Assembly: GCA_036172245.1 (NCBI GenBank)
Contig: JAYWIR010000008.1
Coordinates: 4,588,001 to 4,652,000 of the forward strand
Length of the DNA: 64,000 bases
Source: Raillietiella orientalis
Lineage: Eukaryota
Reading direction: 5' to 3'
Shown here piece after piece: positions 46,715-60,000 of this stretch. A program made the position numbers and the translations under genes. The first letter of the stretch is position 1; each line of letters starts with the position of its first letter. The notes under the pieces were generated by a model. The model ran no database searches. It saw nothing but the letters and a program-made list of their open reading frames with translations, and was not told where the DNA came from.

Positions 46715-49700
46715 GCCGATCCTAAGACGAGGGTCCACTGGAAAGACGAGTCCCCTCCCCCCCTCCTTCGGAAAGCCCCCCCGCGACCGAGCGCTCCGCC
46801 GTTCGCTTCCGGACGTCGAGGGACTGCGAGGAGAGGAAGGTCGACAACGGAAGCGACGCAAAGATTCGCTCGTCGGGTGGACCAGGGGCCCCCCAGCGCA
46901 CCCGCAACGGTCCGTGGGGATTCGACATGAGACAGAAAGAGGGAGGAAGGGAGGAGGAGGGAAGAATTGATTGTTGTTGTCTTTTTGCGTTGCTTTTCGT
47001 CTTTTTGTACTCACGAGAACGGGGCATCCGCGCGCCCACCGAGAGGGGCAGCCTCCGAAGCCAGTCAAGGAACAGGAAGTCGGGGCTGCTCGCCCCCTCG
47101 TTCGGCGGCCCGTCTTGCATCCACTGTGTCGCTCCGGCAACGCCCACGCCGCCTTGGCCGGCCGGCTCTCCGACGGAGAACCTTCGGAACGCGGGGGACC
47201 GCGATCAAGCAGGTGAATCCCGTTTCCACGGAGACCGAGGAGGGGGGGGGGGGAAGAAGGATGAGGCGGCGGCGATGAGGCACCTTCCCACGCCGGCGGC
47301 GAACCGTCCTTCCGCGTGACGACTTGGACTTCGACGGACGCGGATCGACCCCGGTCGATCGAAATCAATCCGTTGCTAGGAGCTCGAGTGTTTCCGGCAA
47401 CCCTGCGCGGGCGGGGTCCGTGGTGGCCAACAGTCCGTCTCTCCTCCTCCTGCGCCCCTTTGAAAAATCCGGACGGAACTTCGGGAGCAGCGAAATGGTG
47501 CAGCTCCCGAACTCCCGTCTGCATTTTCCAAAGAGTAGGGAGGGGGGAGGTGAGGGAAGGGGCAAACGGGCACGGGAGATGTGGAACGTGAGAAAAATTC
47601 CCAGGCGTCCGGGCCACGCGCTCGCAGCGCCAAGGAAAGTTCCTCGGCGGGAGAGGGCGCTGCTTCTGGCTCCAGCCCGCGAGCCGCGTCCCTCTGCGCG
47701 GTCGCGCGGAAGGGGAGGGGGGGGGGATCGAAGGCGTCTGCCTCCGGGAGTGCGGCGGTGGGCTGCCATCGATCCCATCTCCGTGCTTGCGCACAGCGTG
47801 GGCGGACTGCCGCCGCTCCCCTTGGCAACCCCCCCCCCCCCCCCTTCGTACTGGGGCTGCGACCGCCTGCACAAACCCCGTTTTTCCCGGTGCGCTCCCT
47901 GCCGTCCGGTTCCCGCAGGGAGACTGTCCGGAGGAGTCTCCTCACGGGCGTTCCTGCTCCTCCGTACCCTCCCCCACCCCCCTAGTCAGGGCGCGGACCA
48001 GGACCGCGTGCGCGCCCGCGCTCCCCGAACGGGGGGAGAGACCCTCCGCCCTTTCCGGGTTCAGGAGGCTGCGGGATGGGCACCCGCGAACGCCGAAACG
48101 TACCCCACCCCTCCCCCTCCCCTCTGATCCGCAGTCTTCAGCTCTTCATCGGCCGCCTGGGAAGAGCCCGGAAGCGGAACCCGGAAGCTGCTGAGATCGA
48201 TCGCCGCTCCGCGTCTCCCCGCGTGCGTGAGTGCGTGCGTGGTGTGCGGGCTTTCTCCGCGAGAAAGTTGCTCCGCGGGGGCGCGCGCTCCCCTCGTGCC
48301 CCACGTCGTAATCTGTTTATGGACCTACTCGCGCGGGGCGAAGGAAAGTCCTGGAGCGGGGAGGGGGGCGAGGAGGAGCACCGGTGCGGGCGCAGCTTCT
48401 TCCCGAGAAAGACGATCCTGGAGCGCAAGAAGGAGGGGTGCCACCCACCGAAAGAGATGGACCTCGGCCCTACCCCACCCTCGCTGGGATGGGAAACAGA
48501 AGACGAGGACGGAAGGTTTCTCCGCATACCACGAGGCGAAGATGGCCGGCGGAGACGCCGCCGTCTCGCAAGGGAGCGCGCGCGCGCGCAACACATCCCC
48601 CCTCTCGGGCCCTTCCGAGGATCTCTTCACCGCCAATTCTTTTCGTGTCTCTCGAATCGGAACCTCCTCACCTCCCTCCCCATGAGACGAAGAACCCGAC
48701 TGGTCCAGATGTTCCTCCCCCCACGTTCGCCCGTGGTTCACCGAGCGGGGATGCGTCCCCGCCGTAAAGCCCGACCGCTCCTTCCCCGTCCCGCTCTTCC
48801 TCGCGTTCCTCCTGGGAAGCGTCTGAGTCTCTGGGAAGAGGGACCGGCCGCATCATGAGCGCCCAGGGGCTGTAGGGGTTCACCTGGAAGGCGCTGCTAC
48901 GCGAGGCGCACGGCCGAGATCGGGCGCCACCTGGTTTTCGACATCCGAAGGAGGGAAGGAGGAGAGGGGGGTTGCGGGAGAACGCGGGGGGCGCACGAGC
49001 CTGCGGAGTCCGCTGGGTTCCCGGAGGTCCGGCGACCTCCGTTGAAAGTAGGAGCTCAGCCCGAGAGGAAATCTTCCGTGGAGAGCAGAGCGTGCGCGCA
49101 GGGCCTGCGTCGGTACGCCATCGTCGTCAGATTCGCGCAGTTCGCGAGCACACGGTGGTTTCGGGATGTCCTCATAGAGGGTGCGCATCTCCGCAGAAAT
49201 GCGCCGGTAGCGAAGGACTGCTCTCGCTGGTGCCGGGCACTCAATACAGATAAGTGGGGATTCGGCTTCCCCCTGAGCCAACTCGCCTCACTTCCGGAAG
49301 CCCACTCGTGGATCTCCTGCCTCCCAATAAACTTGAGCGCTTGGCGGCAGGAGGCTGTTGAGTCCTGGGCTGCGTTCCAGGGAATGCGCTCTGAAGATCT
49401 TCGCCCTCTGCGACATCTGCTACCACGACCTCTGGAAGAGGTGATGCAGGACGCGGTGAAGTTTTCCACCCGGGCTTCCACACCCCTCGCCACAGCGCTG
49501 CTCGACTCGATTCGATACGCAGAGAACGCGGTGGAAGATCACACCTGGAGAGAGGGCACGCCCGGAGGGAGCGAGTGCATCCCCGTTCGAGAAGAGGGGC
49601 GTGGGGAAGGGGGAGAGAAGCGGGGGGGAGAAAACGCACTGCCTTCTCGGATTCCGTTCTCCGGGAGTTCGAAACTTGCACTTTTGAAGCGTTTCTCGTT

Positions 49701-50251
49701 TGCCGGGAAATCGCTTCGGGGAATCTTGCGAAACTGACCTCCACCCGGGGGTAAAGAACTCACCCCTGAAGTGAGCTCATCCCTTCGACTCGCCTGTTCG
49801 CGCACCTTGGCGGAAGCGGGCGAAGCACCATGTGCTCTCGACGTCAAACGGAGTCTGGGAGGAAACCTCATCACCTGGTCTCCGTCTCCCCTTGTGGGCA
49901 GGGGCGGGAGGAATGGGCAGGGGAATAGTTGAAGGAGGGACCCCTCTCTCCCGACGAAGAGGACTCCGGAAGAGCGCAGAGAGACCCCCCACCCCACCCC
50001 AAAACGCGTGGAAGCGAACGCCTTCGCTCGTGCGCCCTGGGCGCACACAGCTCGTGCGCGCAGGCCGACGGCGGTGACGTTCGATCCCGACGGGGTGGTG
50101 GTGCTGTTGCCAGGTTCGAATTCTCTTCGCGGTGGCGCAAACCGCCACAGGGGCCGTCCTCGTTCTGGCGGTGTTTCTGCCGCGATCGCCTCCTCCGGTC
50201 CCTCGCGAGCCGTAGGCAGAACCACGCTGCAAGTGGCGAGTTTGCGTACGT

Positions 50252-50281
50252 GTGGTGGTGGTGGTGGTGGTGGTGGTGGTG
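50252..50281. repeat. (GTG)10 microsatellite
   Basis: Read directly from the sequence. Confidence 0.9.
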
Positions 50282-51631
50282 AAGCGAAGCGGAAGCGACA
50301 GCCGAACAGCCGGGAGTTCGGTCGGTCGCCCGGAGGGATGAAAGACGCGACACGTACGAGCTCTCCCGAATCGCGCGGCGGCGGTTGTGGCTGGACACGA
50401 GGCTCGCGCGCGCAACCGAGAGGAGCGTTGCGTGGGCGTCGGCTCCAGCCGGCGCAGCATCAGCCGGGTGCACAAACGCAGAAACCGAGCGCGTAGCAGA
50501 TGTGCAAAGAGATCGGGCCGTTCTCCGCAAACGCTGCCTCGGTGAGTCACGCAGCGATCGCAGCTCACCGCCCTTCGAGAAGCGCGCAGAGAAGTAGGGG
50601 AAAAAAAAAGAAAAACTGAGCTCCTCCTGGCGCTGATTGGAGTTGCTTTCAATTCCCCACCGCCGCAGAATGCCCACCGGGGTGGTGCACACACCAGTGG
50701 AGACGCAGGGGTGGGAGAAGCACCCAAAGAACGAATGTCGCCGCACGCAAACATGGCGCTCGGGGATCTGAAGACATCGCCGGCGGTGGCGCGCGACAGG
50801 ATCGCCGGCGGTTGAGAACCTCTGCGGCCAGGAAGAACGGTCCGCTTCCCAGCGCCCCAACATTTTCCCTCTGCTCCATGGAGGAAGGGGAGGGGGGCGC
50901 GAGATGTTTCGGCGGGATCAGTCGTGCGCGGTGCAGCGTCGAGCGAGCGACCGCCCATCGTGTCTCCCACGGCAACGGCCAACGTTCCCCTCCCACCCAA
51001 CCCTGGCGGAAGGAAGGCCGGAGATTTCACCTCCGTGTCGCCGCCTCGCTCTCCCTGGGGACGTCCGGAGTGGTCTCCCGGACGTGGATTTATCCACCTG
51101 GGTGCTCGGCTCGGCAGCGAGTAGGGAGAGCCGACTGAGGCACTCCGGAAGGGGGGAAACTCGTGGAAAAAGCAGCGCGCCCGCATTCCACACTCGCCGG
51201 CTCAGAAGACTTGCAGCCCGGGGCAGGGAAGGGGGGAGGGGAAAACAAACCCTCCACGATAGCAAGCAATCGGGGTGACTAAGAAACGTGCTTACCTATT
51301 TTATGGGGATCGCCTGGGTATTTCACGCGTTCATTAATGGTTTAAACTGCTGCAACCAGCGCCAATAAACACGCGCGTGCAAACAGCTCGCTCCTCTCCC
51401 CCCCCTCTCCCCCCCTCCGTGCGCATGTGCGGGCAGGCAGGAAACCTCGGTACTCGAGTTTGCTTTCCGCGAGCGAAAACGCGGAATTTCGGGAGCTATC
51501 GAACCCCGATCCCGTTTCAGGTGCGAGGAGGAAGACGTCCAGCAGGAGCAGCTCCGAGACTCGAGCAGGTCTCCGGGTGGGGTGGGGAGGGAACCCACTG
51601 GTCTGTAGCGTCCCTCTTTGCCCGCTCATCC

Positions 51632-51644
51632 GTTGCCTGGCAAC
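51632..51644. promoter_or_regulatory. Palindromic RFX X-box match
   Basis: GTTGCC-T-GGCAAC fits GTNRCC-N(0-3)-RGYAAC. Confidence 0.35.
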
Positions 51645-52619
51645 GCGTGCTCCTCTCCGGGAGTCTCTGCGTCCTCCTCCTACGTGCTGACCGGACGGGA
51701 CTCTGGGATGCATCCGGAGGGAGGGCAGAGGTCCTTCGGCCCTCGCAAGGCGCGGCGCCCCGATGTCGCAGGCGCTTCCGGCTGCGAACGCCCAGCACAA
51801 CTCCCCCCTCCTTACACAGGCTGAGATGTTCGACCACCCGCGCCCCCCTCCACTAGAGGCTGGGCAGAGGTCCCGGAATCCCCGGGAGGGCAAAGATACC
51901 TCGCTGGTCGCCCTTCTTCTGCTCGGGTTCCAAAGAGGGGGAACCGCGGAAGGTGGGCGGTCGCAGACCGCTCTCCCGTCGGTCGGCGCCCTTCAGACAA
52001 TCCTCCGAGGGGCAGCTGCGCGCTCGGCCAGGTGGCGCAACCCCTGATGGAGGCGTGCGTCGGGCTGGGAAGTCAACATCTCACCCTCCACCCCATCCCA
52101 TCCTCAATGTGGGATCCGCGGGGTGGCGAGCGACCGCCCCCTTCATAGCTGGACCGGCAGTACGAAGAGTCCACAAACTTGGTGCTGCTGGCACCCAGGG
52201 GAGGAGGAGGGGAGAGAACCCCGGTCTCGCCGATGCTCCCCTCCCAGCCAGAGAGGGAAAACGAAAGCCGACGCTAAGGAGTCCCGAAAGTCCACGGGGG
52301 ACCGCCGCCGCTCGCGGACCCGAGAGCAGCCCTCGCCCGCTCCTTCCCTCCCCCGAACGGTCCTCAGGGATCCTTCAAATCCTCAGGCCCAGGAGAGATG
52401 AATGAGCCTGCGGGAAGCTTCGAGTTGGCTGGAATGGGGATGCGGTGGGCGGGCGGTCGCCGCGCAACGGAGCGATGAAGAATAGTCCGGGACTGCCAGC
52501 AGCTCTGGACCGCCGGGATTTGCTCCCGACGCTCTCGAACCCGGAACGGGGAGGGTCTGGAGTTTCCTCCCCTGGCACACGAGGGAGCGCGCGAGGCGGC
52601 TCCGCGAAATCAGGTCAGG

Positions 52620-52990
52620 TCCCAGCAATCCGCGAGAAAGTCAGGGTTCCCCTTGCTCTCATTCAGCGCGAGAAACGCTGGCGCAGGTTCCCGGAAGAGG
52701 AGGCCGGCGGTGATGCTCCCCGGATGGCCCACAGAGAAAGGATACAGGGAATGCGCAGACGCTCGTACCGAGACCAGGCGTGGCGGGCATCAATCTGAAG
52801 AGAGAGAGAAAAGGAAGAGTCACCGTCCTTGGTGACGAGCGATGGGCGAAGGTTGCTCATATGGAGGTCGCCTGGCAACGTGCATGCTTTCAGACCGAGA
52901 TGCTCTCGATATCCCCACGGGGAGTCAGCTGGGTAACGAAGAAACAGGAAGGGCGGAGGAGGAGGAGATAGAAGAGGAGGAGGAGGGCAG
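52620..52990 (+). mobile_element. Possible decayed RTE-like LINE 3' end
   Basis: LIQREKRWRR...PRMA...QGMRRRS..W..SI* and RWAKVAHMEVAWQ resemble the RTE C-terminus (RLRW.GH...G.R.RGRP..W...W...A.DR..WR); followed by a GAG/GAA-rich tail. Confidence 0.27.
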
Positions 52991-55900
52991 AGACAAGCAC
53001 GGCCGAGGTACGTCTCGGGAGCCCTTCACCGAGGAAGGAAGCAGGAACTGAACAGGGAAGGAAAGGAACGGTGGCGGGGGGCAGGCTCGTAGGAGCGCAG
53101 AAGAACGAAGGCTGCGAGTGGCTTTGCGTGGAGGATATCCGGAAGCGTCCAACTGACCTCGCAAATGCGGAGCGGAGCGAGGCGACTCGGACTTCAGGAG
53201 GGCCTTCTTCCTCCTCCGTAGGAAAACGCACGCCCCGAGAACCCCTCATGGAGAGCCCCACACTCGAGGGACTCCGGGAACAGAAGCGTGCCCTTCCTCT
53301 CCCACGAGGGAGAGGGAAGACGTGGGGGACGGAAGGGTCTCTCCCGTCTGATGAGTCTTCTGCCTCCCGAGCCGTTTCCTCACCGCAGATCTGCCCCTGT
53401 GGACCCCGCTGAGGTCCCGTTGCGGTCCCATCCAACAAGCCGAAGTTCAAGCGCGTGAATCGGTCGCTGGGCACGCAGCCGACCGTCGCTGTGACTCCCG
53501 CTTTCCCCGTTCGCCTCCCTTCCCTCGAGTCCGGCCGGAGATTCGCAGGGCGTAGGAAAGATGGAGATGCCTGGAGGCAGGGAGCACCTTCCCCCGCAAC
53601 GAAGCGCATGGCCGCTGGGCTGGTCACACCTCTGTGTATACTGCGCGCGTGTGGTCTCCCAGGAAACGCGGCAGCGCTCGCTAGCGAAAGCAGGCGATGA
53701 ATCGGCCGACCGGGAAGACGTCAGCCGCGCCAGCATGCGGTTTGCCTGCAGGACCGACCTCACTCTCTGGTAGAGAGAGCGTGCGTGGCGGAGGGAGAGC
53801 AGCAGAGGGGGAAGAAGAGCGCGTCTTCCTACATGGGATGACGGCTTCCTCCTTCCTGCTGGGGCTCTTCGCCCCCGAGATCCATCGGGGTCATCTGAGA
53901 GCAGGTGGTCCTGACTCTTCGGGAAACGAGGAGTCAGGAGTCACGATTCGCGAAGTCAGGGACCAAGAGGAACCCTAGTCGGGTTAGTCCTCGAGTGGCA
54001 CAGGGTCTCATGGAATTCGGATTTCCGTCATTCTCCGAGGCGAAGATGAAGATGACGGGTCGCCAAGGGGTCACCGTCCCTCCAGTTGCCGGTCTGGAGG
54101 ATGCAAGAGCTCTGGGCGATCGCGAACGGCATCGGAGGGTGGCGAGGACGCGCTGCGAGACCGCGGCCTCCTCCACTCCTTCGGTAAATGCCCCTGGGCA
54201 AGATGTCCGATGCAGCCTCGGAGCTAGGCGGGGAGCAGCCCTCGGACATTGTTGCCCGGAGCACGAGGGAAGCCGAGCACGTTGGCTTTCGTGCAGTCGT
54301 GGTGCTTCCTGGTGTTCCGGATTTTCCTTGCTGACGTCTACGGTGTCGGTCAACTTGGAAACCGACTGGCGCAGAGATGGCAGTGGCATCTTTTTGTCCC
54401 GGTTTCCGGCGCGCGGAGCTTCTGAAGGTGGCAGTCGGATCGCTGGCCGCAAGTGGGCAATCGGACCGAAAGGCCTTGATGAGATGTGCCGATGACCTGG
54501 GATTGCCGGGGGATGGAATAGACCTCCTCGGAGACGGAGATACTCCGAGCCGAAGAACCGAAGCGGAAGGTCACTGGCCGGGACGTGGTAGCATGCAAAG
54601 GAGGTCTGGAGCCTTAGTGCGTGAGCCCTCAGTGCGAGGTCACGTTTCGGTGCACGCCCGGTCACGCCGGGAGCTGCAAGCAAAGATCTGTCGGGAGATC
54701 CTTCGCGTTGCGGTGTAGCTTTTCTCGGACAGGGTCCGTCCGTTCACGGCGCGAGGCTGTCTCCAAGCCAGCACCCACGTCGGCGAAGCTGTCGGGTTCG
54801 CATCTCAGTGGGGAGGAGGGAGAGCGGACCGCTGCCACGTCATCGCCGCCACCACCACGTCCGCGGCACCCGCCCCTGCAGCGAAGTTTGCCGCGTCCTC
54901 GACCGGGGGTGCGCGAGCAAGGAGGGACCGACGAGGATGTCCGTGCTGCGCGGGCCTGCGAACTCCTCCTCCAACTTCCTTCCCTCCTTCCCGTTCCATC
55001 CTGCTGACGCCTGCTCGTGCGCAGTGGCGGCATCCGTCTGCTGCGTGCCGCGGGATGCGCGTCTGCTCCGACGCGTCCACTTACGTCCACTTGCCGCGTT
55101 CTCTTCGGCAGTCCCGCTAGGCGAGGAGTAGCGGCAGATATCCCGAGACACGACCCATTCCGGAAGCACCCCTCACGCTGCGGAATCATCGTCCCGGGTC
55201 CCTGGAAATTTCCCGACCCCAGAATAATCATCTTAACCGGCTTCGTGGCTGAAGATAAGCCGGCGGGGCTTTCCCCTTCCGGTATCCCCACGGAGCGAAT
55301 CCCGTCAGCGGTAAATACGCGCCATCTGATTAATGGAGCCTTGAGCCGATTTCAGCATCCGGCGTTATGGGAATACTACGGCTCGAATCTGAGGAAAGCG
55401 AGTGAGGAAGGAGTGATCTCCGGTGACGAGGGCCTCGCTGCTCCAGGCTCCGCACCCGCGGCCGCACTTCTGGCTCACGGTCTCCACAGCAAGTGGCAGC
55501 CAGCAGGCACACGAGGCCCCAGCCCGGAAGAAGCGAATGTTAAGCGATCCGCCTACAAATCGGAGATGCGCCCCTCCGGGTCCAGGCACCTCCTGCTGTC
55601 GAGCGCAGGGAGCTGGCGCTGCCGCCCCTCCTGCGCCAGGGCAGCCGAAGCTGCTCCAAAAACGGCCAAGGTTCGCCGGCGGCGCAAACTGTAGGGGAAG
55701 CGCAGCGGGGCGCGGGAGTCGCACTCCCGCCGGGACGAGCGAGGAGTCCGCCGCACCCGGGGGGGAGCACCGGAGGCGGAGACGCCTCCGCGCGAGAAAG
55801 AAGGAATGTGCAGACGTGCGGGACGTCAGACAGAGCTCGAGACGGGCGAGCGCGAAATCCCCGCGCTTTTGTGCCACCTGGAAGCTCGCCTCACGGGAAG

Positions 55901-56354
55901 ACCTCGACGCGAGGTGTGCTATCGGCGGCGGTGGCAGAGATCAACGTGGAAGGGATCAGCTTTGGAGGGAAATCGAGGGAGGGTGGGGGGAGAGGCACCT
56001 CTGAACCCCACGTCGTCTTGCTCTCGCCTCTGAAACGTGAACCCGACGGGACCTCGCCTTTCGGTTGACGCCACTCCGGCCTTCTCGCTGACGTCGGTCT
56101 TCATTCGCGCCACTGAGACGGAAAGGGGTCACAGTGAAGGGTGGAGCATGCTCGCTGGCACAGTGCCGTGTCTCTTCAAGGGGAGGCACGACCCCCGAAC
56201 CCGCACAGTCTGACTTGCGGTTCGCCTCGGTTTTTTTTTTTTTTTTAAATTAAAGTTCAGTAGCAACCTCACGAGGAGATCGTCCTTACTACTGTCCTGA
56301 GATGGTGGGAATTCTTTGGGGTTCTCCTGTATTTGATGCTTTCCTTCCAGATTC

Positions 56355-57050
56355 TTTTTTTTCTTTTTGGTTGTCAAGGGGTGCTGAGGGGCCTCCTCAG
56401 GGGAGGCTCACGAAGCTCTTTGGCGCTGTCCACGCTACCTGAGGGCGCGTGTCAACTCTTCAAGTTTGGAGGCAACGCCCTGTGAATCCGGGAAGGGCTC
56501 CAGAGGAAGGATTCACTTCCTCTCGCGCTTGAGGGGGGGGGGGGAATCCTCGCTCTGGTCGTCTCCCAAGGGAACCCGGATAGGATCCGGCTCTTGGAAT
56601 TTCTTCTCCGGAGGGCACCCGTAAGGAAACCGTTCCCTATTTCCTCCTCCTCTGAAGAGAAACCCCGAAGGAACGCTTCCCAATTTCCCTGAAGGGTCGC
56701 TCTCCGAAGGGGGCCGCGCGCTTCTTGACACTCTGGAGAGGCAACTCCCAAAGGGTGGCATCAACCATCTCCATGGTACGCGATGGAGGGGAGCCTCGAA
56801 GGGCTCTTCGATTCCTGGAAGGACCCCGGAGGCTCAACTTTCAGTTTCGGTCAGTCAACGGAGGCATCCGTCTTCCCCCAGTGCCGCACTCGAATGAGCC
56901 AACCAGCGTCGTCCTGCGTGGAAAAGGGGGAAATCGAATCCGACGACGACGCACCTCCCTATTTCCCGGCGCCGATCCTTCCCCGGGTGGGATTCGAACC
57001 CGCCGCGCTCGGAGACCTCTGTAGCCGCACGGCCGCCCACGCAGGATCCT
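56355..57050 (-). mobile_element. tRNA-SINE family copy C (apparently full length, A-rich tail)
   Basis: Perfect Pol III B-box GGTTCGAATCC on - (56990..57000); ACACTCTGGAGAGGCAAC (56728..56745); ends on - in ...ACAACCAAAAAGAAAAAAAAG. Confidence 0.83.
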
Positions 57051-60000
57051 AGCAACGGAAAGCACGCCGGTCCAAGATTCTCGTTTTCCTGATTTCCGAT
57101 GTACGACAGCCGCCTTCGATACTTACTAAAGATCTCGGGGGATTCACGAGCAGGCAAAAAAGAAGAAGAAGACGCACGCGCCACGCCCATCTCACGACGG
57201 GGAAGAGGAGTCGAACGGCCGCTCGCGTTAGGCATCAAAGTGACGGCCAAGTCGAGCAGCAACGCCATGCGACGGGGAGGGAAGTCGACGGGAAGACTTC
57301 ACCTTTTCCCCTCGTTCGTCGTACGCAGCATCCCGGTTCGCGGAAAGACACTCAAAGACACTTCCTCACACGGAACCTCTCCCGCGTGATGACCTCGGAA
57401 GAGCGCGACCCCCGGCGTGCAAACCCGACCGCCCGCGCGTGCGCGCGGGCTCTCCGGAAAGGGAACGGATCACCAGGTTGCCGCGGTCGGTTCACCACAG
57501 CAACCTGCTGCCAAGTTGGTTTGGAGAGGCACCACCTCAGCAGTACTCGAGCGTGGAGTGACGTCGGATGGCGACGACGAGACGTTTCGTTCTTTCGAGT
57601 TCGAAAATTTCGACCTTCTGCGGGATCGGACGGAGAAAGTCCGCCCTCGCCCCCTGCCGAAGACGAAACATCGTCAGTGAACTCTCCCTGCCCCCTCCCC
57701 AAGAGGGCAAAAAAAAACAACAACAACAACCATCCAAGTGCAAAATTGGTGCCACCTCCGACACGACACGCGACTTCTGATCCGCCTCCGACCTCCTCCT
57801 CCTCCTACCTGCAAGTGGAGAAAGGTCGGCCCTTCTGATGCCCCTTGCCCTCCGAGGCAGCTCCCCAAAAACACGAACGCGCGCTTCCCTGACGGGTTCC
57901 AGCGCACACACCGAGCGCGAAGCATTCCTCATTCTTCACCATGGTAACCGAGATTCTCGCATGCCCACCGCACCGAGCCACGCGATCGATCAAGTGGGAA
58001 ATGGTCATGTAATGGGGGGGGGGGGGGGGAAGGGGGGATTCTGTTTGCTTTCCCCGAATATTCGCACGCGAGCGAACCGAACAGAACTTATCGGACCAGA
58101 AGGCAGTGCGACTCCCTGCTTGACTGGTCCACCACCTATCCATCTATTTTTTCCGCAAGGGAGGAGAAGGGAGAAGGGGAGGGGGGAGGATGGAACGTGG
58201 AACGCTTAAGGCCACACTATTAAATTGTTTATGTAGGTAATGGAAACAAGCTTGCATCATCGCGAACGATTCCTCGTCGGGTTCATGACTCCGCCAGCGA
58301 TAAACACGTCAACCCGGAGCGATTCAGTCTCTTCCCGGAGGGATAATCGGTCTGAAATGCATATTTTATGCGTGACGACGAAAACCACACGAACGCGCGC
58401 CGGGGAGGGGAAGAGGGGGGGGGGGGGAAGGGGAGGGGGAACCGCCAGGAAGTTATGAATTCAGGCATATCGGGACTTGGCAATCGGTTGCCCCCGCGAC
58501 GGCGACTGCAGATTCCCGCTCGACCGTTTCGGCAAGGCGCACGAAGCGGCGTTCCCGGATCCCGCCTTCAGGCAAGCCACCCGATCCCGAGCGAGCAGCG
58601 GTCCGAGCTGCTGCTGATGCTGCTGCACCATCTCCAGCTCGCTCCGTGGAAACAACGGGCTGTTGCTTCTTCGCGACGAGCCGCGAGCGACCTGATCTGA
58701 CGGAGAGTGTGCGAGAGCCCTTCTAATTTCCGCAGTCGCCCTCGGGAATCTGGATGAACGAACCCGCGCCTCTTGCTCGCCGGGATGGGGATCTCTTTTT
58801 TTTTTTCCCCTCCCAGGAAGAAGTTTTCCGTTCCCTCAGCGCGTTGCAGCTCGGCAGATAATGAGTGCCCTCCGAAGCGATGCATCGTTAATCAATCAGT
58901 TCGATTCTAATAAACGCTCTGCAGTCGGTGTACGTGCAGGCGCCAGCAGTCCACTCCAGAAAAAAAAGGAAACGAAACCACTCCTCGGTTTCCTCGAGAG
59001 AAACATCTGTTTGGAGGGGAGGGGGGGGGGGCACGGATTTCACTTGCCGAGGGAGAAGAAACACGTTTCCACTTGAAGATGCTGACGGGAAGGCAGATTA
59101 ACGATCGTTCGCAAACACTCGACTCTGCCCACTTGGCTCGAGAAAAGGCGTGCAAAAAAGGAATAAGCGAGGAGCGCGGCTGATAGCCTCCCGCGAGGGT
59201 GAAAGTTCGATTTGAATTTCGGGGGAGCCGAAGGACGCGCGTGCCGCGGCACACCCCTTCCAGAAACAGCTCAGAGGACCGGCAGCTGTTTCGCTCGAAG
59301 ACCCATAGGTAGCCGCGCGGAGGCGGCGCCTTCGGAGCTCGCCTTCCCGGGGACCACATGCAGCGTTCCCGGGGACGCCAGCGAGGGCGAATCCGCGAGC
59401 ACGCGTCCCCCGCGGGGATGGGGTGCTCAGCTAATCTGAACGAGCGTATCGGATGATCGAGGCGCACCCGGGACGCGCGGCGACGCCGGAATCTCATCCA
59501 GTCCGGAACCTCCCACGGCACACTCCTGGCTGGCGCGCACCCACCACCCTCTACGCGACCCCGGGTCCTTCTTCTCGCGAGGCCATGCGCCTTCGTCGCA
59601 CGAGGAAGTGCCCGTGGCGCAAGGCCTGCCGGGAATCCCAAAGCGTTCGTTCGAGGTAGCAGCTGGGCGAAAGGGTTGACTGGGGGGGGGGGGGGATGTA
59701 TATATCTGGTACGGCACCAAGCCGCCGCAACACGCTGGGGCGGAAGGCACGCTGCACGGTGGCGTCGAAAATGACAAATCAATGGGCGGCGGAACGCGCG
59801 GAAATGCAAGGAAGCAAAAAACGTGCGCGCGTCGTGATTCGTTCGTGGAACAGCCGAGAGATGCCACCGCCGAAAGCCCACGACGATGGCGGGGTCGCGC
59901 AGTATCGATCCCGCGAGATCGAATGGAATCCGGGGGAGCGGGGGGGGGGGACGCTTTTCACTAGATTAAAGTTTGAAAAGGTGCGAGTCCCGTCTATAAA

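Noticed and set aside
56645..56690. CTGAAGA...GAA resembling a hammerhead ribozyme core in the SINE
   Set aside because: No stem II or GAAA with stems I and III could be built, and the motif is not kept in the other copies.
56980..57050. Possible tRNA genes at GGTTCGAA(T/C)CC hits (also 62594, 39522, ~15330)
   Set aside because: No complete cloverleaf could be folded; three hits lie at the head of the dispersed repeat and are better read as SINE B-boxes.
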